Origin: Alphaproteobacteria bacterium
GTDB lineage: Bacteria; Pseudomonadota; Alphaproteobacteria; Bin95
DNA: 64,000 nt
Assembly (NCBI GenBank): GCA_965205265.1
Contig: CBDBGH010000003.1
Span: 3,584,001 to 3,648,000 of the forward strand
Direction of reading: 5' to 3'
Under the pieces are notes generated by a model. It worked only from the letters and a program-made list of their open reading frames with translations. It searched no databases and was not told the origin of the DNA. The position numbers were made by a program, and so were the translations under genes. Below, in pieces: positions 40,700-49,805 of this stretch; position 1 is the first letter of the stretch, and each line of letters opens with the position of its first letter.

Positions 40700-40909
40700 A
40701 ACGAGCGGACACAGCAGCTTGACGTTGATGTGTCAGTATGGGTTCCGGAAGGCACACAAGTTGTTCAGGGCATGATTGCGCCGAAGGGGGGACTGACGTT
40801 CGGGGCGCGGTGCTCATTTCCCCGAGAGCCAGACAATCACATAGTAAACGTGGATACGGATCTTGGCCCTGTGGTCGTGCGCATTCACTTACTCCGCGCC
40901 TTCCCCTAG
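40700..40909 (+). pseudogene. 3' fragment of an unknown lower-GC gene cut at the IS66 end
   Basis: 69 open codons from the IS terminus (NERTQQLDVDVSVWVPEG...RIHLLRAFP*). Confidence 0.4.
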
Positions 40910-40989
40910 GCCGCCTTAGGCAAGGCTTGCGATAGCGTCCTCATCCCACCACCCCCGGTATCGCCATGCCGGGCGCGGCTTCAGGCGAC

Positions 40990-41099
40990 GTAAGCGGTTC
41001 GGACGCGGCACGAGGGTTTTAGCTTGACGAGCTGGCGAAGTTCCACGGGAGCAGGTCGTCGATGCGGTCGTTGGGATGGCCGGCCGCGATGGCTTCGAG
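40990..41099 (-). mobile_element. Remnant right end of a second IS66
   Basis: GTAAGCG terminus plus the last codons of tnpC (LEAIAAGHPNDRIDDLLPWNF), near-identical to 38188-38247. Confidence 0.85.
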
Positions 41100-41116
41100 T
41101 GTGTAGCCATCTGCTG

Positions 41117-41569
41117 TCAGCGGCAACATGACTTGCGCAGCGCGACCACGGGATTCGCCCTGGCCGACAAGCCTTGCACCTCTCCGAGAAGCCGGAGTCG
41201 GTCGGGTTCGACCGCAAAGGCGACCGCCGACAGGTATCCCCCGGACCCGGACGATCTGACGGTCACAACGGCGTCGGCGCGGCCGTCCCCGTCGATATCC
41301 TCTGCAAGGAGACGGTCAACGGCGCCGTCACGGTGGCGAACGAGGCCGTGCGCAAAGCTGTCATAGGGCCAGTCCGGATCGACGGGCGCATATAGCCTGA
41401 CGGCATAGCTGCCTATGCTTCGTGGCTCTCCCTGCCCCTCCGTCACGGTAATCAGGTTGCCGGTTTGCGGCATCGAAACCTCGAACCTTGCGGGAGGTTC
41501 CGCCACCGCCTCCTTTAGCGCGAAGATTGCTGCCAGGGCACAGAGAAAACGGCGGCATGGAATGCGCAT
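41117..41569 (-). CDS. pliI: PliI-family inhibitor of invertebrate-type lysozyme
   Basis: Signal peptide; EG.GEPRSIGSY..RLY, RDG, DIDGDG, SSGSGGY (SGxY motif). Confidence 0.85.
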   Translation of the reverse strand: MRIPCRRFLCALAAIFALKEAVAEPPARFEVSMPQTGNLITVTEGQGEPRSIGSYAVRLYAPVDPDWPYDSFAHGLVRHRDGAVDRLLAEDIDGDGRADAVVTVRSSGSGGYLSAVAFAVEPDRLRLLGEVQGLSARANPVVALRKSCCR

Positions 41570-41576
41570 TGCGCGG

Positions 41577-42884
41577 TTACCCGTGCCCGTTCGCGCAGGC
41601 GACGAGGCGCCGGTGCGCAAGCGCGTTCGCCTGTGCCCCGGCCCGGTTGCGAAGCGAGCGGTATCCGTTCGAGAGCAACGCTCCCTCGGTGAAGAGGGCG
41701 GCCGCGAACCGCAATGCGTTCGTCCGGTCGTCGATCCTCGGGCTGTGGAATCCCGACCGGGGCGTGCCCCGCACCACCGGTCCGAACCGCTCGATCCGCC
41801 CCTGCCCGTCGCGCACCGCCAGCTGGACCCTGCGCCCGTCTTCGGGGAATCCGCCGAAATGGGCCGCGACCTCAAGCCTTCGCTCCCGCGCGAAACAGGT
41901 CAGGGCGACGCCGATCCGGTCAGGCCCCCCTCCGACCCGTGCGCGCAGCAGGTAGGCGACATCGGTCCCGAACTCGCCGCTCGTGTCTTCTATGCGCCTG
42001 ACCTCCGGGGTGGGCAGAACCGTCTGTGCTGCCGTGTCTTTCGCCGGATTGAGCCGCGTACCGGCATCGGCTTGTTTCGGTCCCGCGCTCCGTCCGGGGA
42101 AGAACAGGTCATCGAGGATGGCCTCGATGTTTTTCGGTCCCGCGGTCTGTCCGGCCGGCACCGTCCATTCGAGTTGCGTGTCGAGCGTGTCGTACAGGCT
42201 CGCCCGGCGCGTCCAGCCTCCAGTCGGTCCGGGCCCAAAGCCGATGACGTCCTGGACCTCGCCCCTCAGTTCCACCAAAAGCGTGACGCCGGCGAGCTGG
42301 TTCCTGAACGAATGGATCATGGCGGCGAGGTTGTGGCCGGTGAGGCCGGTCTCCGGGCTCAGGAGCGGTGCGAGCACGCCGGGGTCGATCGGTCTTCCGG
42401 GATCGAGAAGCATTTCGCTCACCGTCTCGCAAAGGGCGGGCGAAACCGGCGGCGGCAGGCCGTCGGCGCAATTGGTGAGAATTTCCTGCCGTATGAACTT
42501 TTTGGTCTCCGCCGGCGAGCTGGTGAACCGGTAACCGGTTTCGCTCCCGGTGACGACGGTGCCCTGCTCGCGCATGAACTGCGCGAAGCGTTCCAAGGCG
42601 ACCGGAGGGCCGGTGGACCGCCACTGGTTCGCGCCGTATTTGACGATCTCCCGCTCTCCGAGTTCGGAGAACAGGGTCTCCTCGACAAACGCGCGCCGTT
42701 CCTCTTCGGGCATGCCTTCCAGGACCCCGGCGTTGACGCTGAGCGTGGACTCGACCGTCACCGTGCCGTCCGGGGAGAACGTATAGACCGCGTGCTGGTG
42801 CAGGCAGCCGGACAACGCGAGCGCGCTGGTGAGTGCGAACGGCAGCACGAGCCTCGATGTTTTCGAGGCCTTGCGGGCCGGCAT
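41577..42884 (-). CDS. Hypothetical lipoprotein
   Basis: Start MPARKASK, hydrophobic stretch, lipobox LSGC. Confidence 0.65.
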   Translation of the reverse strand: MPARKASKTSRLVLPFALTSALALSGCLHQHAVYTFSPDGTVTVESTLSVNAGVLEGMPEEERRAFVEETLFSELGEREIVKYGANQWRSTGPPVALERFAQFMREQGTVVTGSETGYRFTSSPAETKKFIRQEILTNCADGLPPPVSPALCETVSEMLLDPGRPIDPGVLAPLLSPETGLTGHNLAAMIHSFRNQLAGVTLLVELRGEVQDVIGFGPGPTGGWTRRASLYDTLDTQLEWTVPAGQTAGPKNIEAILDDLFFPGRSAGPKQADAGTRLNPAKDTAAQTVLPTPEVRRIEDTSGEFGTDVAYLLRARVGGGPDRIGVALTCFARERRLEVAAHFGGFPEDGRRVQLAVRDGQGRIERFGPVVRGTPRSGFHSPRIDDRTNALRFAAALFTEGALLSNGYRSLRNRAGAQANALAHRRLVACANGHG

Positions 42885-43245
42885 CCGGTGGTCCCGTTCT
42901 GCCCGCCGGAAGATTCTGAAGCCGAAGGCAATCGCATCGGAAAGAAGAGCCGTCGCGGCTGCTCGCAATGGCTGGAGAGGTGTCGAGGGATGTGCATGGG
43001 ACATGAAAGCCTCCTGCGGATGGGGAGGCCCGATAGATTATGCATCCCGATCGGGAACGGAACACGGAAATCGTGAAAAATGGGGAAACGCAAATTTTGT
43101 TGTTGCGCATCGTGACAGCTCTCCCCTCTCGCTCGCCGACTTGCGGATAAGCGCCCAGGCTGGCGCCTGCAGCCTACGGCCTGATCCGTCTGCCGAAGTT
43201 CTTGAAGACTGCCGCACGACCGCCGGGACCCGGCGCAGGGCCGCC

Positions 43246-43455
43246 TTAGGGCGCTCCGTCACGTCGGCGCCGGGGCCGGCAAGGCTTCCCGCCTGTCCTC
43301 GCGAAGGCGGGGGTCCGCAGGGCCGCATTGCTGCGCCGAAAAACGCCGCCTATGGAGACCGGGACGCGATAGGGGACGATCACACCCTCGATCACCCCCG
43401 GAGCGACCAGCTCGAACGCGAAGGCGCGCCGCTCGGGCCGTCCGGTCCCCGTCAT
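43246..43455 (-). pseudogene. N-terminal remnant of an HK97-type prohead protease
   Basis: ERRAFAFELVAPGVIEGVIVPY aligns with ERRAFAFDVAAPGVLEGLLIPY at 58439; homology is lost after about 38 codons. Confidence 0.6.
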
Positions 43456-43625
43456 GCACTCTCTCCGGCTTCGCAGCGTTCGCAGACGATGATCGTGCGA
43501 GGGTCGGGTCTCGCGAGGACCGGGCCGTCAGTCTCGGCCTCGTCCTCTATGACGGCCTCGCAGCGTTCGGCGTGTCCGCATCCGGCATGGGCGGCGATTT
43601 CGGCATGCGCGGGAAAGACGATCAC
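43452..43625 (-). CDS. Small Cys/His-rich hypothetical protein (57 aa)
   Basis: GTGA and ATGA overlaps with both neighbours; CGH..RC and CERC. Confidence 0.4.
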   Translation of the reverse strand: MIVFPAHAEIAAHAGCGHAERCEAVIEDEAETDGPVLARPDPRTIIVCERCEAGESA

Positions 43626-43861
43626 GGCGGGGGCCCGGGCGGTGGGGTTTCCTGCGCCGCACGGTCCGCCGCGCGGTCTTCCGGCGTCCGCCAGGCCCGA
43701 GCGCGATGCTCGGCGCAATAGGGCTCGCCGGCGCGTGCGACGGTCGCGCGGCGCAGGAAATCCAGCGCGCGCGGATCGCCGATCGGCCAGTGGCACTGGC
43801 CCGGCGCCAGCGGCGTGCCGATCTCGTCGAGGCGCCGTTCGAGGGCGCGCTTGACGGACAG
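43622..43861 (-). pseudogene. GcrA C-terminal domain fragment without a canonical start
   Basis: Manual translation: CHWPIGDPRALDF...GEPYCAEHRARAW matches the GcrA CTD pattern CxWPIGDP...PYCxxH. Confidence 0.7.
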
Positions 43862-43917
43862 GCGTATTGTCCGGCCGCCGGATTGGCGTGCGGTCTGTGG
43901 TGGCCCGCGCCGGGCGC

Positions 43918-45309
43918 CTACTGCGCCTGCTTGCAGCCGCTGGTGTCCCAGACTCGCTGGCCGTCTGCACCCAGCGTCCAGGTCGCCGTGCCCTCATGGT
44001 CGCCGACGCACTTGCCCGTGCCGCTCGTCGCGGGAGCGGCCTCCGAGGTCCCGGCCGATGCCGACGCCTGCGGCCCGATGCGCTGGCCGTCGGCCGGCGC
44101 CCACAACTCCGGCATCTCCATGCCGAGATGTTCGGCGACCTCCGTCCAGAACACCGCTTTGCGGTTGCCATCGATCGCGACATGCAGCTGGCCGCGCGTC
44201 CAGCGCCAGTGCGCGATGCGGTCCGGACCGCCATCGGCGCGCCGGGCCCGCACCGTGCCGTCGGCCAGGAAGGTGAAGTCCTTCCATTCCGACGGCATCC
44301 AGGGCAGCGCCACCGGCTCGCCCGACTCGACCAGGCGGTCCGTCAGCCGGAACGCCGCATGACGATGACCCGTCGGCAACACCGGGAACGGGTAGCCGAT
44401 GGGATGGCGCAGCGCCGGCTGGCCGGGGATTTCGATAAGCGCCCACTCCTGTCCCCTGGCGTCGATCTCCGTACGCAACACGCCATAGGCCGTGAGCTTG
44501 CCCTCATCGTCCAGCCGCCAGACCTCGTCCGTCCAGATGGTGTCCTGCGAAGTGGCCTGCCCGCCCACGAAGACGTAACCCGTCTCCGACGGAGACAGCA
44601 GGATGTTGCCGTTCTGCGCCTTCACGAACGCCAGCACTTCTTTCCTCGTCGTGGTCGGCGCGCCGCGCGAGGCCCCCAGGCCGGTCCGGCCCGGCGCCGT
44701 CAGGTGCGAGCCCGGGAAGTGGCGGACCGGCGCGTCCGGGTCCTGGCGGCGCAACTCGTCCATCTTCAGGGACGTCTGCTTCTCGTTGATCCGGATATGG
44801 TCAGGGAGCTTCAGCTGCGGGCAGGCGTCCGCAAGGGCGCGCGGCCATGTGTCCTGGATTTGCGCCGCGTTCGACACGATCCAGCGGCCCTTGCTCCATA
44901 TCTCGGTGTTGAACGCGCCCGTTTCCGGATCGTAGAACTTCGACGCATATTTCCTGACGCCGCCGCCATAGTTCCATTCGGTCCACATCCCGGACCGCTT
45001 TTTGACGAGCGCCCAGCGGGTGTTGGTCCGGCTGATCCAGTGCAGCTTCCCGTCCAGGCGCAGGCGGCCGGCGCATTCGATTACCGTCCCGTCGGACGCG
45101 TAAACGAGACCCTGGACGACATTGCTGAACCTGCCGAGCCCGGTGAACACATTGACCCGGCCGGTCATGAGCTCCCGGTAGAACGCCTCGCTATAGGGCG
45201 AGTAGTTCACATGCACCCTGGGATCGATCTTCCGGGCCTGCCCATGCGCCACGCATGCCGCCAGCAGCGCGCAGGACAGCAGGACAGCCAGTCCTCTCAT
45301 GACACTCAT
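43918..45309 (-). CDS. Hypothetical exported protein or lipoprotein (463 aa)
   Basis: Signal peptide with LAAC; Trp-rich; good coding pattern. Confidence 0.7.
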   Translation of the reverse strand: MSVMRGLAVLLSCALLAACVAHGQARKIDPRVHVNYSPYSEAFYRELMTGRVNVFTGLGRFSNVVQGLVYASDGTVIECAGRLRLDGKLHWISRTNTRWALVKKRSGMWTEWNYGGGVRKYASKFYDPETGAFNTEIWSKGRWIVSNAAQIQDTWPRALADACPQLKLPDHIRINEKQTSLKMDELRRQDPDAPVRHFPGSHLTAPGRTGLGASRGAPTTTRKEVLAFVKAQNGNILLSPSETGYVFVGGQATSQDTIWTDEVWRLDDEGKLTAYGVLRTEIDARGQEWALIEIPGQPALRHPIGYPFPVLPTGHRHAAFRLTDRLVESGEPVALPWMPSEWKDFTFLADGTVRARRADGGPDRIAHWRWTRGQLHVAIDGNRKAVFWTEVAEHLGMEMPELWAPADGQRIGPQASASAGTSEAAPATSGTGKCVGDHEGTATWTLGADGQRVWDTSGCKQAQ

Positions 45310-45417
45310 CGTCTTCTCCTCTGCGCCCCTGCCGTCCGGCTGTCCTGCCGGATCCGCGGGCGCCGCTTCGCAATTGTCTCCGCGGCGGTCTGCCGGACCG
45401 GCCGGCGCCTTCCGCCT

Positions 45418-46332
45418 TCAGCGTTGCCTGACGTCAAGGCGCTGATGGCGGAAGGCGCCGGCCGACCAGGCCCGGCTCACATGCGCGAACCGGTCCATCC
45501 ACAAACGCGCGTGCGAGGGCAGCATCCCCCTCTGCGCCCTCCGCCTCATCCGCGCCGCCTGCACCGCGAGGATCCGTGCATTCGGCAGGCCCGGCCCGGA
45601 CAGGTCCTCGATCCCGACAAGGTCGAGCCCCGCGGCGCGGACCTTTGCGGCAAGGCTTTCCGCATCTTCCAGCGCGCACTCCATCCACGATTCGCAGATC
45701 GGCGCGATATAGGCGCGCACGGTCTCCGGGGCGAGCCCCGACGCCATCATGTGGTCGAGGCCCACCAGGCGGCCGCCGGGCTTCAGCACCCGGGCGCACT
45801 CCCGCAGGAACCGCCCCCGGTCCGCCATGTGGCACATCGCTTCGATGGTCACCACCGCGTCCACGGACCCGTCCGGCAGCGGAAGCCGCTCCGAGCAGTC
45901 GGCCTGGCGGAACTCCACGAGGTCCTCCAGGCCGTCCTGCGACGCCAGCTCCCGGGCGAGGCCAAGCTGCCGCCCGCTGATATTCAGCCCAAGGACCCGG
46001 CATCCCTTCGCCGCCGCCAGGTGCAGCGCCGTTCCGCCGACGCCGCAGCCCGCGTCCACGACCAGCTGTCCGGCGCCGATCGCGGCCGGCGCAACGACAG
46101 CGTCGATCATCCTCACCACGGCGTCATGGAGCCGGCTCCGGTCGAGCCAGTCCCCCTCCCCGCTCCCGCAAAGCATCGGCTCCTCGCCGGGCTCGAAGAG
46201 CCCGAAATGCAGGTGCCGCGGATGCCAGGCCGACAGGTAGTAACCGCCCTCATCGTCGTAATGCGCGGCGACGATCTCCGCCTGACGCGACCGGTCGACC
46301 GACGTCGCTCCGGATGCAAGGGCCACCGTCAT
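45418..46332 (-). CDS. Class I SAM methyltransferase, sterol/tocopherol/prenyl C-methyltransferase-like
   Basis: HY...W..HLHFG, VDAGCGVGG, IEAMCH, RVLKPGG; TGATG overlap with the upstream gene. Confidence 0.85.
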   Translation of the reverse strand: MTVALASGATSVDRSRQAEIVAAHYDDEGGYYLSAWHPRHLHFGLFEPGEEPMLCGSGEGDWLDRSRLHDAVVRMIDAVVAPAAIGAGQLVVDAGCGVGGTALHLAAAKGCRVLGLNISGRQLGLARELASQDGLEDLVEFRQADCSERLPLPDGSVDAVVTIEAMCHMADRGRFLRECARVLKPGGRLVGLDHMMASGLAPETVRAYIAPICESWMECALEDAESLAAKVRAAGLDLVGIEDLSGPGLPNARILAVQAARMRRRAQRGMLPSHARLWMDRFAHVSRAWSAGAFRHQRLDVRQR

Positions 46333-47357
46333 CAATGCCTCCTCTCGACGCAAAACGCCGCAAACCCGCCCAGCGCCGCACGCACGGCGCCTTCCGGGAA
46401 GAACCCGAGGGAGTCCACGGCCAAGTCCACGCGGGCGTGCGCGAGGGCCCATGTCCTCGCCAGCGCGCCCCGCCGGTCCAGGACCGCGAGCGCCCGCTCG
46501 AAGTCCCCGGGACGCCGGTCGCCCTCCTCCAGGGTGCGGCGCCAGAACGCCCGCTCGGCTTCGTCGCCGTACCGGAACGCCAGCACGACCGGCAAGGTCA
46601 CCTTGCCGCCGGCGAAGTCGTCGCCGACCGTCTTGCCCAGTTCGGCCTCCCGGCCTGACCAGTCCAGCGCATCGTCCGCCAGCTGGAACGCAATCCCCAG
46701 GTTCTTCCCGAAGGCCTCCAGCGCCGCTGCCGCCTCCCGCGAGGCGCCGGCGGACAGGGCGCCGAGCCGGCAGCAGGCCGCGAACAGCGAGGCCGTCTTC
46801 TTCGATACGGCTTCCAGACAGGCCTGCTCATCGATATCCGGGCTCCCGACATCCTGCATCTGGCGCAGCTCGCCATCGACCATGACAGAGGTCACGTCGG
46901 CGAACAGTTCCACCGCTTCCCGGGGGCCGGACTCCAGCATCAGCTGCAAGGCTCGCCCGAGCAGGTAATCGCCGACCAGGACGCTGGCCTTGTTGCCCCA
47001 GAGCGCATTGGCGCTCGCCGCCCCGCGCCGCAGTGCGCTCGTATCGACGACATCGTCATGCAGCAGAGACACCATGTGGAACAGCTCCACGGCCGCCGCC
47101 AGAGCCGCCGGGCCTTCTCCCGACGACCCGCAGAGACGCGCGGAGGTCAGGGTCAGGATCGGGCGAAGGCGCTTGCCGCCCGCCCGGGCGATATGGCCGC
47201 CCAGGAGAGGGATCAAGGCCGTCCCGGCTTCCATCCGCTCCGCGATCAGGACCTCGACCCGGGCCATGTCCGCGCTCACGAGACTGCGCAGCCGCGCAAG
47301 CGCCGAAGCCGGAGAGGCCTCCCGGGCCGGGACCGCGAACCCGCCATCCGCCATCAT
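46332..47357 (-). CDS. trans-Polyprenyl diphosphate synthase (IspB-like accessory paralog)
   Basis: GGKRLRP, FARM LLHDDVVD..LRRG, KTASLF, SARM FQLADDALD, GKVTLP. Confidence 0.92.
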   Translation of the reverse strand: MMADGGFAVPAREASPASALARLRSLVSADMARVEVLIAERMEAGTALIPLLGGHIARAGGKRLRPILTLTSARLCGSSGEGPAALAAAVELFHMVSLLHDDVVDTSALRRGAASANALWGNKASVLVGDYLLGRALQLMLESGPREAVELFADVTSVMVDGELRQMQDVGSPDIDEQACLEAVSKKTASLFAACCRLGALSAGASREAAAALEAFGKNLGIAFQLADDALDWSGREAELGKTVGDDFAGGKVTLPVVLAFRYGDEAERAFWRRTLEEGDRRPGDFERALAVLDRRGALARTWALAHARVDLAVDSLGFFPEGAVRAALGGFAAFCVERRH

Positions 47358-47363
47358 GGGCCT

Positions 47364-49472
47364 TCAGCCGCCGGACCCCCAGCGCTGGTCGAGTTCGCGC
47401 ATGGCGCCGACATACATGCCGAACGCCGCCTCGTCGTCACCGGCCCGGATGGCGGCCACGGCCTCGTCGATCCGCGCCCCGATCCAGTCCCACTCGGGAT
47501 GGTCCTGCGGGATCGCGGCGACGATCGCCGGGGCCCGGCGATAGTATTGCGCCACCATCGCCATGCGCTCCGGCGACGTCATCATGTAGCGGTCGCGGAA
47601 CGCGCGCAGCGCCGTCAGCGTCGGGCCGTCATCCGCCTCGCCCCTGCGCTCCACGACAGCCGTCGTCAGGAAACAGCTGCCGCCGCCGCCGCCATCGCCG
47701 CCGCTGCCGCCTTGGCTACCGGAATTGCTCTGGCCGGGGGCATGACCGCCCGTCACCCCGCCGTCGACACCGCCGATCCCGCCGACCTCGCCTCCGCCGC
47801 TGCCTCCGCCGCTGCCTCCGCCGCTGTTTCCGTCACCATCACCATCACCGTCACCGTCACCATCACCGTCACCATCACCGTCACCATCACCGTCACCGTC
47901 ACCATCACCGTCACCGTCACCATCACCGTCACCATCACCGTCACCGTCACCATCGCCATCACCGTCACCGGACGGCGGCGGAGGCGGTGCGACGCAGGCC
48001 GAGCAGGCGCAGGTGTCGGCCTGGATGATATGCGGGTTGGATGTGTGGCGGGCGTCGTGCCGATGGTAGTACCACCGGATTTCCGGGTACCCGGAGGGGT
48101 CGCCACCGCTGTGCCCGGGCGGGCATGAGCAGCGCGAGGCGCAGGAGGAGTCCGTCTGCGCGTCGTAGCAACCGACGAAGTTCTCCTGGATCCACTGGTC
48201 GCCCCGGAAGACGCCCGTGACGCCCGTCGAGGACAGGCCGCCCGGCTCCACATACACCCGCGTGTGCGGCTGGCTCCAGCCATAGGGCTGCGAGGCCGGA
48301 GAGTCCCAGCCCGGTTTTTGTTCCTTCCAGACCGAACGATGCTTGCGCAGCAGCGTCCGGCTGCCCACGGCGCCGCCGGATGTGTATCCCGACGGGCAGT
48401 ATGACGAGGTCGCGCAGCCCACCGTCGGCGGCGTGGACGGCGTCGGGAACGGCGCGCCCGTGCCGGCGTAATCCGTCTGATCGTAGAAATTGCTGCCGTC
48501 CGCCTTCGAGACCGGCACCGTATGGCTCGAGGCCCCGCCCGTCACCGTGTTCGGGCTCGAGGCCGCAGAGCACAACTGGTCGAAATGGTGCCACCGGGGT
48601 GCCGTCGTCCCCCGGATGTCAACCGGTAGGTGGCAGCCATTGTGGACCACCGCCTCGATAATATGCGCCCCCGATTCCCCGTCGCCCGGCGGCGCGCACT
48701 GGCCGTGCGCCGGCAGCGCAACCGTCACGCCGTTATAGACGAAAGTCCCGGCGGCCCGGGCCGCGCAGGTCCCTGGCCAGCGCGCCATGTCCGCCCCCGA
48801 CCAGGGATGCAGCTCGACCGGGCGCGTCTGGCTGTAGCGGATCTCCCCGACCGTCGCCGTCGGGTCGCCGCCCGGCATCGGGCAAGCGCGCTCCCAGTCG
48901 GTATGTTCGTTGCGCCGCTGGGTATTCCCCCAGCCGAACGGGTCGGTCACCTCCGAGACGAGCCCCACGCGGCGCGCCGGCAGGCTCATGCAGCCGGGCA
49001 GTGCCACCGTGGGGTGCCCGGACTGCGGCATGCCCACCGCCTGACCGCCGGTGATCCACTGCAGCCCGCCCTCGGTCTGTACGGTTCTCTGGTCCGTGCC
49101 CCTTAGCCTTACGTCGCTCGCATAGACCGCCAGCACGTCGTCACAATACGCGAACGACAGGCCCCGGTCGGTCCATTCCGCTTGCCAGATGGCAGAAACG
49201 GCCGCTGGCAGGCCCGGGCTCGACGGGCCGGACAGCCAGGAATACGGGGCCCTTTCGTTCGTCGCGTCGGGATCCGCCGCTGGCGGGCGGCGCTCGATCC
49301 AGGCCGACAGGGCCGCCCATGCCTGCTGGATCGCCGACGCATGCGCCCGCGCCGCATCGCGGCGGTTGTCGCGGTCGATGTCAGCCGCAATGGGGGTCAG
49401 TGGTATTAGCCACAGGGCGGCCGCGATCAGCGCGGCCGCCCCCAGCCGAGAAGGTGTGCGTGCATGTGACAT
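47364..49472 (-). CDS. Secreted Cys-rich protein with (GD)23 tract and C-terminal CFI-box-CTERM-like domain
   Basis: Signal peptide, many Cys, Pro5-(GD)23-Gly linker, GGGGSCFLTTAV...LRAFRD.YM...YY..AP.IV. Confidence 0.8.
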   Translation of the reverse strand: MSHARTPSRLGAAALIAAALWLIPLTPIAADIDRDNRRDAARAHASAIQQAWAALSAWIERRPPAADPDATNERAPYSWLSGPSSPGLPAAVSAIWQAEWTDRGLSFAYCDDVLAVYASDVRLRGTDQRTVQTEGGLQWITGGQAVGMPQSGHPTVALPGCMSLPARRVGLVSEVTDPFGWGNTQRRNEHTDWERACPMPGGDPTATVGEIRYSQTRPVELHPWSGADMARWPGTCAARAAGTFVYNGVTVALPAHGQCAPPGDGESGAHIIEAVVHNGCHLPVDIRGTTAPRWHHFDQLCSAASSPNTVTGGASSHTVPVSKADGSNFYDQTDYAGTGAPFPTPSTPPTVGCATSSYCPSGYTSGGAVGSRTLLRKHRSVWKEQKPGWDSPASQPYGWSQPHTRVYVEPGGLSSTGVTGVFRGDQWIQENFVGCYDAQTDSSCASRCSCPPGHSGGDPSGYPEIRWYYHRHDARHTSNPHIIQADTCACSACVAPPPPPSGDGDGDGDGDGDGDGDGDGDGDGDGDGDGDGDGDGDGDGDGDGDGDGNSGGGSGGGSGGGEVGGIGGVDGGVTGGHAPGQSNSGSQGGSGGDGGGGGSCFLTTAVVERRGEADDGPTLTALRAFRDRYMMTSPERMAMVAQYYRRAPAIVAAIPQDHPEWDWIGARIDEAVAAIRAGDDEAAFGMYVGAMRELDQRWGSGG
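47832..47969 (-). repeat. Coding hexamer tandem repeat (GGYGAY)x23 = (Gly-Asp)23
   Basis: 138 bp read directly. Confidence 0.95.
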
Positions 49473-49805
49473 GAGACGGGCTCCGGGTCGATCCGATCAA
49501 TGGGGAGCCCTCTCGCGCATGCGAGATTGGGGAGGTCGCGGCAGGCAGAAAAAAGATCGCCCTGGATTATCCGCGTCGTCACGCGACCGGCCCGCGACAT
49601 GGGACGCTACATGAGCCTGCCGTGCGTATGTCGTTGGGGACATTATGCGCGCATCGATTACGAATGCAACTTTGTTTTGCGGAGCGGCCGGACCTCCTCC
49701 CTTGGACGCCCGGCCGACGCCCGGGACGGTTTCGGACCGCCGGCGCCCTTGGAAGGCGCTGACGCGCATTTTTGCGGCTGCGCTCTGTGAGAACCGCCTT
49801 TATTG

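Noticed and set aside
43867-46968. 1033-aa plus-strand ORF and similar long ORFs (9958..12570, 27481..29922, most of 60181..62454)
   Set aside because: Antisense shadows of real genes in high-GC DNA; Arg/Pro/Ala-rich with no motifs.
47364-47680. Hint/intein domain
   Set aside because: It starts with CF but is short, looks helical and lacks TxxH and the terminal HN; it fits CFI-box-CTERM instead.
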